From Lytechinus pictus (taxonomy: Eukaryota): 64,000 nt of DNA. The translations under genes were made by a program, and so were the position numbers. Of the stretch, positions 49,259 through 64,000 are shown piece by piece; position 1 is the first letter of the stretch, and each line of letters starts with the position of its first letter. Where the stretch lies: assembly GCF_037042905.1 (NCBI RefSeq), contig NC_087259.1:21142001-21206000 (forward strand). Direction: 5' to 3'. Under the pieces are notes generated by a model. That model was not told where the DNA came from, did no database searches, and was given only the letters and a program-made list of their open reading frames with translations.

Positions 49259-49865
49259 CCCGGGGAGGGGGGGGGGGGGGCAGTCAAATGTATTACTGTA
49301 CACACGCATGGCCAAATTATTTCCAAACACCCCCTAAACAAGTTTTTCTCTGTGTGCAAAATAACTCCCTAAACAAGTTTTTCGCTAGCTTCATGAACAC
49401 ATTTGGCCTCTAAACAAGTTATTGCCAGAATATGACCCCTAAACAAGTTTTGTCTTCTTGCTAACAATATATTTAAATATAAACAAAACTATATCATGGG
49501 TATTGCATACCCCTCAGTGCAGTTAGGGTTAAAATACCACAGTCAGGAAGAACCTAAACCATTTTCAGAAACGAGGAAGAAAAAGCCCTGGGGAAAAAAA
49601 ACTTACCCTAAATATGTTTGGCTAGTCTTAAAAAAAAAGCTTTGGAGAAAAAAAACACCCTAAATATGTTTGACCCCGCGATGGACCATTGATCAGTCTT
49701 TCAAAACCACCCTTATTTTTGAAAATCGGTGTTTTTGATACCCTTAACGAGTGCACGCGCAGCCCGCGTCCAAAACTGAAAAAAACACCCCTTTAAACGC
49801 GTTTTTTGGGTCAAGCGTGTGTACAGCAATATATTTGACTGGCACCACCCCCCCCCCCCCCCGGA
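49259..49865. mobile_element. Unclassified MITE with CCCGG-(G)n termini
   Basis: cccggg(g)n-cagtcaaatgtattactgtacacacgc / gcgtgtgtacagcaatatatttgactg-(c)n-ccgg; internal ccctaaacaagttt repeats. Confidence 0.7.
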
Positions 49866-50745
49866 ATATGGTGACCAACTTCAATATATATGAATTTTTT
49901 CATGTGCATTGATTTTCTTTATACTGATCATCTATTCTTAAAAATTAATGAATGATATTTATCATCACTTGCAAAAAAAAAATATATGACCATTTAAAAA
50001 AACAAAATTAGACATACATGTTTGCAGGAAAAAAAAATGTTAGCACAGATTATCCTTTCAGAAAATGAAACCATGAGTTGAAAATAAAAACAACCAAAAT
50101 TGGTGACATCAAAATGATACATCTCGTGAAATAAAATGTAGTGGATCATAAGAACAAAAATAGAAAGGATGATGAGGTTACATTGCATACATATTTACCA
50201 TGGTAAATAAATTAAAATTAAATCGTAGAAAAGTATTCATTTTTGTTTTTACATCTTTGGTTCAACAGAATTAAGGGATATCATTGTAAGAACGGAATGT
50301 ATAGATATATACAAATCAATCATTTGATCCTCACCAATTTCAATATGAAATACAATAAACCAATTTAATATGACTATTACTTATTATAAGTTCATTGTCA
50401 TATAAAAGAGCAGTTTCATCGTCATGAACTGATATGTTAAACATAAAGCTTGGTCATGACTCTAATTCACAGTTCATCAATGAGAAGATATCAAATCAAA
50501 TTACACATCATTTAAAAAATGCTTCATGCTTGCTTTAGTGAAACATAGTGTAGGCAGTGAGTTGAATGATGTACCCATAATAACTGGACTGCCTTCAGTA
50601 CAGAATACCTCTTATACAATTATCAATATTGAAATACTTTCACACTGATGTGATAAACACATTGGAATTAGATGGAATAATAATAAGCTAAAAAATATGG
50701 AAATACAAATTTGCAAGTTTCATACATATTTACTGCTTACCAGCT

Positions 50746-51050
50746 CAGTGGCGGATCGGGGGGGGGGGGGCACATTTGGCCTGTGCCCCCCCTTTGAGTG
50801 CCATAATCATAATTTTTAATTTAAAGATGCCGTTTTTTACACAAGTGTGCCCTCCTCTTTTGAAAGTCACAGGATTTTTTTTTTTTTTTTTTTTTTTATT
50901 GGGGGGGGGGGGGGGGGGGTTTGCTTTTCAAATTTTTCGTGTACATGATAAACTTCATTTTGGGGTGAATACTTTTTTTTTTGCTAGTCAAATTTTCCTT
51001 GGGAAAATGTGCCCCCCTCCCCCCTTTGGAAAATCCTGAATCCACCCCTG
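50746..51050. mobile_element. Short hAT-like MITE
   Basis: cagtggcggatc / gaatccacccctg; near-perfect 8-bp TSD (t/a)accagct. An inverted sibling at 55782-55999 has TSD ct(g/c)ggatg. Confidence 0.75.
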
Positions 51051-51529
51051 AACCAGCTCATATGCTTTAGAAACACTCACATTTGCAAGACATACATACA
51101 GGTGGGTGGCAGAATGTTCTTAGAAAAAAATACTTGGCTGGTAAGCAACTTACAAAAATAATTTACTTTATTTGATCTTTCTACAGTATTTATAATCATT
51201 TTGGATTCCCATAAGGTCTCCTTAAAGCACACAAGATTGTTTCAGTCTATAACCTAAGCACCATTACACAAAAAAATTGAGCTGTTCATGACCTACACTA
51301 CTCAAATTAGGAACATGTTCTAATCATTGCAGGGTTTCAATTTCACAAAAAAAAAAATCACTGAAGAAAAATTTGCCAAAGGATATAAAAATATGAATAT
51401 ATAAGTAAGAATATATTCTCCAGTGCTTTCCTAATAGAATGGAATCTTTGGATTGCATTTCGTTGACAAGGGCCTGATTTGCTGGAGCAGGTCAGATATG
51501 ACGCATTTGTTTAACCATGACTGGTCCGT

Positions 51530-60962
<9,433 letters not shown>

Positions 60963-61453
60963 AATACAAATGAATTTCAGGCACTAAAATGTCCAAAATA
61001 ACGAGAATAGTACAAGAAATGTTAGTCAAACGAAAAGATTGAAAGAAGAAGAATTTCGGCCTTTTTTACTACACGGCTTCTTAACCGAGGCAAAATGAAA
61101 TGGAACTGCATGCACTATACTGGATCACTGTATGTAGACTGTAAATACAGTCTCTAGAGATTAAAATGATACTATGATTTTGTGTTTATTTATCTTTTTA
61201 ATTTCAATATCATACTTTGAGATCATTTAAAATAAAAAAAATTTGTATTAAATTTTTTAAAGACTCTTTAGAGGGGTAGATTGCCAACAAAGGCAAAATA
61301 TTTGTTCATTATTCATTTAAATTCGTTTCAAAAGACTATTTAATAACCGATAGCAAAGCTGCTGAAATCGATATACAGAAAACTTTTCCCGAAGTTTACT
61401 TTTATCCAATCATCATCGTTGTGTCTTCCGACCCCCTTCCGACCAAGGACAGA
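60963..61453. promoter_or_regulatory. Head-to-head (bidirectional) promoter region
   Basis: ALDH9A1 ATG (60962, -) and a + strand ATG (61454) are separated by 491 bp; DRE-like aatcgata at ~61367. Confidence 0.55.
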
Positions 61454-63164
61454 ATGGATGATTCTGACATGGAAATTCTGGGTATTCCACTCAACAAGGG
61501 AAATACAGAAGCTAAACAGACGTTGGAAAATAATTCACAGTCTAGGTAGGTAGATCACCATCTAGTTAGGCAATGAGGCTTCAGTAATTTAGGGGTTCAA
61601 TTTTCTGCATCCCTGACGACGGTCAACGTCTCCAGCCATCCTGCCTCCCTGCATTCCGGGGTGCGGTTGCTGCAGAGACAGAGTGCAGTAGCTGTGCCTG
61701 TAGCCTACTTAACCCAGGCCCAGGGAGCTCCGGCCGGCAAAGCGGGACGGAACCCAGGACGCAGAGTCGACCGTGTAAAACGAGGGAGACACTGGCCCTG
61801 GGGTAGATTAGGGTCTCAATAGTAATCTTAATAAAATGTGGAAACAGAAATTATGCACTCACATATATATTATAACTATCCCTATAAGGCTATATTTCAC
61901 TCTCATAATATTATCATCCTATCGCAACTAGTATGGTATTTATTTTTAGCCTGGGGCTGGGCTGGGGCAACGGGGCAAAATTCCTGCTTGATAGGATTTT
62001 ATTACTCCAGAAACGTGCAATTAGAAATATTATTATTAACAATGTTGGTTACCTATCTCATACATATCCATTATTTTTTTTTAAAATAAACTCCTTCGTA
62101 TTTTTTATCTCTATATCTAAAAGTTTAACTGAGGAATCTTCATGTATCAGTTAAATGCCAATGATATAAAGATGTAACATTTTTATCAGCTTCCAATTCT
62201 CTCGCCTTTGCATGCAAAGTATTTTGGTCATTTGAAAGTGGTATTGTATTAACAAACGTGTGCATTCTGTGGGGAAAGTTGGTAAATACGCAAAATCACT
62301 GATCAGCAATTGACCATATTTTTGGTTTTTTTGAAAAAAATGAAGACTTTGAAAATTTGTTTTGGCCTCTTCGAATTCCCTTTGGACTGCTTGAAGGATG
62401 CTGCAAAGTTTTAGCATATTGAAATTATTTTCTAATTCATAATAAATGTGCATGTTCAGTAATACAATTACAAGGCAGGAGTATACAATCACTAAAAAAT
62501 AAAGTATTCTAGCATTTAGGATCACAAAATTCAAAAATCCCCACCTTTTTCCCCCATTTTTAATCTTGCGTGAAGTGAGCTTTATTACCAAGACTTTGAT
62601 AATCCTTTTATGTAAGTGATAGGGTTATGCAACAACAGTCAGAAGAATCTTGGCTTTGAGATGAGCTAGGTTTGCTTATAATAATTCACGTGGGTGTTCC
62701 TCAATCCAATTTTTATGAAATTTTCAGTCTCATGCGTGCTTAATTTTCCTATGATCATTCAATCCAACTTGTTTGGGATGAACTTGGCCTTTTTAAAATG
62801 CACTTTTTTAGCTATCGTAATGGATTGACAGAATTTGAAGGAAAAATCTTCACAGTGACAATGTTCCATAAACTCCAACAATAAGAATGAGTCAAGACAA
62901 ATATGATCATCATTATAATTTTCAATTAAATATTGAGCTATGTGTATCCCTGATATTTTTTAATGGTATATTGATGATGTTATGTCAAATTGGTAAATCA
63001 ACATTGTTTTTCATAGCAAATCTACAAAGAAATGTGTTGAAGACAAATTGAAAGAAACCGAGAGGTTCCATCATCATACTGCTGCTTCAAAGAGCTCACA
63101 CTCCAAGAAAAAGAGGAGGAAATCAAATGCTGAAAGAAATAAGAAGAAAAGCAGACATGAAAAG
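61454..63164 (+). CDS. Unidentified Lys/Arg-rich protein, first two exons (partial)
   Basis: Exon 61454-61545 (MDDSDMEILGIPLNKGNTEAKQTLENNSQS, AG|GTAGGT) splices in phase to 63017-63164 (KSTKKCVEDKLKETERF..SKKKRRKSNAERNKKKSRHEK|GTAGAA); NLS-like. Continuation not found in the window. Confidence 0.6.
61850..62095 (+). mobile_element. L2/Crack-group LINE ORF2 fragment
   Basis: WGNGAKFLLDRILLLQKRAIRNII..VGYLSHTYPLF matches the post-RT W......L...QKRAIR.I......HT.PLF motif; frameshifted. Confidence 0.7.
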
Positions 63165-64000
63165 GTAGAATATTAACAATGTAAAAATTTATATCAATTA
63201 ATAATTAGTTTTCCACAAAGCCTGTGGGAAATAAATGTTAATGAATATAAGAGAATGAATAGATGGTAATCTGTATTTTTTTTTATTTATAACTTAATAT
63301 TGTCCATTAAATTAATGCACATATGGTTACCTCCATGTACTTGTATTATTTGACAATACATGTATTATTCACAATTTATTTCTTTTCCCCTACGGTACAG
63401 TATTATCCTTTCTAATTTCCCTAGTTTCTTTCTTTAGCTTTTATTTTCCATTCTTGATATTTTATCTTCTCTAGCTTCCCCCATTCCTCTGCTTATTTTC
63501 TCATGTACAGTTAATGGATGTCTATTATTAGTCTGTAGAGTTATACTAGGAATTTGAATTCTATTTTCCAATTTATGATGAATCTATCTGTCATTCACAA
63601 TCTGTAATTGGTAGGATTTTCTTATATTCAATGTAAAAACTTATGTTTTTTAATGTATGTAATACATGATGTATGTTAAATCAATATTTTTATCCATGTT
63701 TGAAGAGTAACAAGATGGAATTCCCCATGTTGTCAGATCCACACAGACCTGTACCACTTATTACACAAAATAGGATCACTGTAAGTATGAATTTAGAAAT
63801 TTCACTCTGTTACTAAACGTTTATTTTTGCTTGCATCATCTCCTTAATACTTGTAGATCATAGAATACACAATGTAAGATTGAAACCTTGGATACCCCCG
63901 ACATCTTAGTGAGTGTAGATCTGTCTGAGGGTTATCAGAAACAACCAAGAAAAAACATAATGTACATACTCGAGACAAATTCAGTTGATATGGTAAAAAA

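Overview
Eukaryotic, AT-rich, intron-rich, repeat-dense animal DNA. The gene set and repeat families look echinoderm, probably sea urchin (inference). Hand-spliced genes: (1) first coding exon of FAM78 (- strand; exon 2 lies left of the window), preceded by a CpG-rich leader with a 288-aa membrane-protein-like ORF that overlaps the FAM78 start; (2) complete RPL28 (+, 139 aa); (3) a two-exon P-loop sulfotransferase-like gene (+, 313 aa); (4) complete selenoprotein F (SELENOF/Sep15, +, 156 aa) with an in-frame TGA in CGU and a SECIS in the 3' UTR; (5) complete ALDH9A1 (-, 9 exons, 502 aa); (6) the first two exons of an unidentified Lys/Arg-rich gene head-to-head with ALDH9A1. A very young non-autonomous Gypsy-type LTR element (576-bp LTRs, CTAG TSD) sits inside a TA-flanked MITE upstream of the SELENOF coding exons. 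It has one intact ORF joining Gag to an integrase zinc-finger region, with no protease, RT, RNase H or integrase core. The rest is hAT-, Kolobok-, Harbinger- and Helentron-type non-autonomous elements, LINE/SINE fragments and microsatellites. Best leads: the FAM78 upstream ORF, the Gag-IN(Zn) LTR element, a candidate poison exon in RPL28, and an AATAAA in the SECIS loop. All calls are by eye, without database searches.
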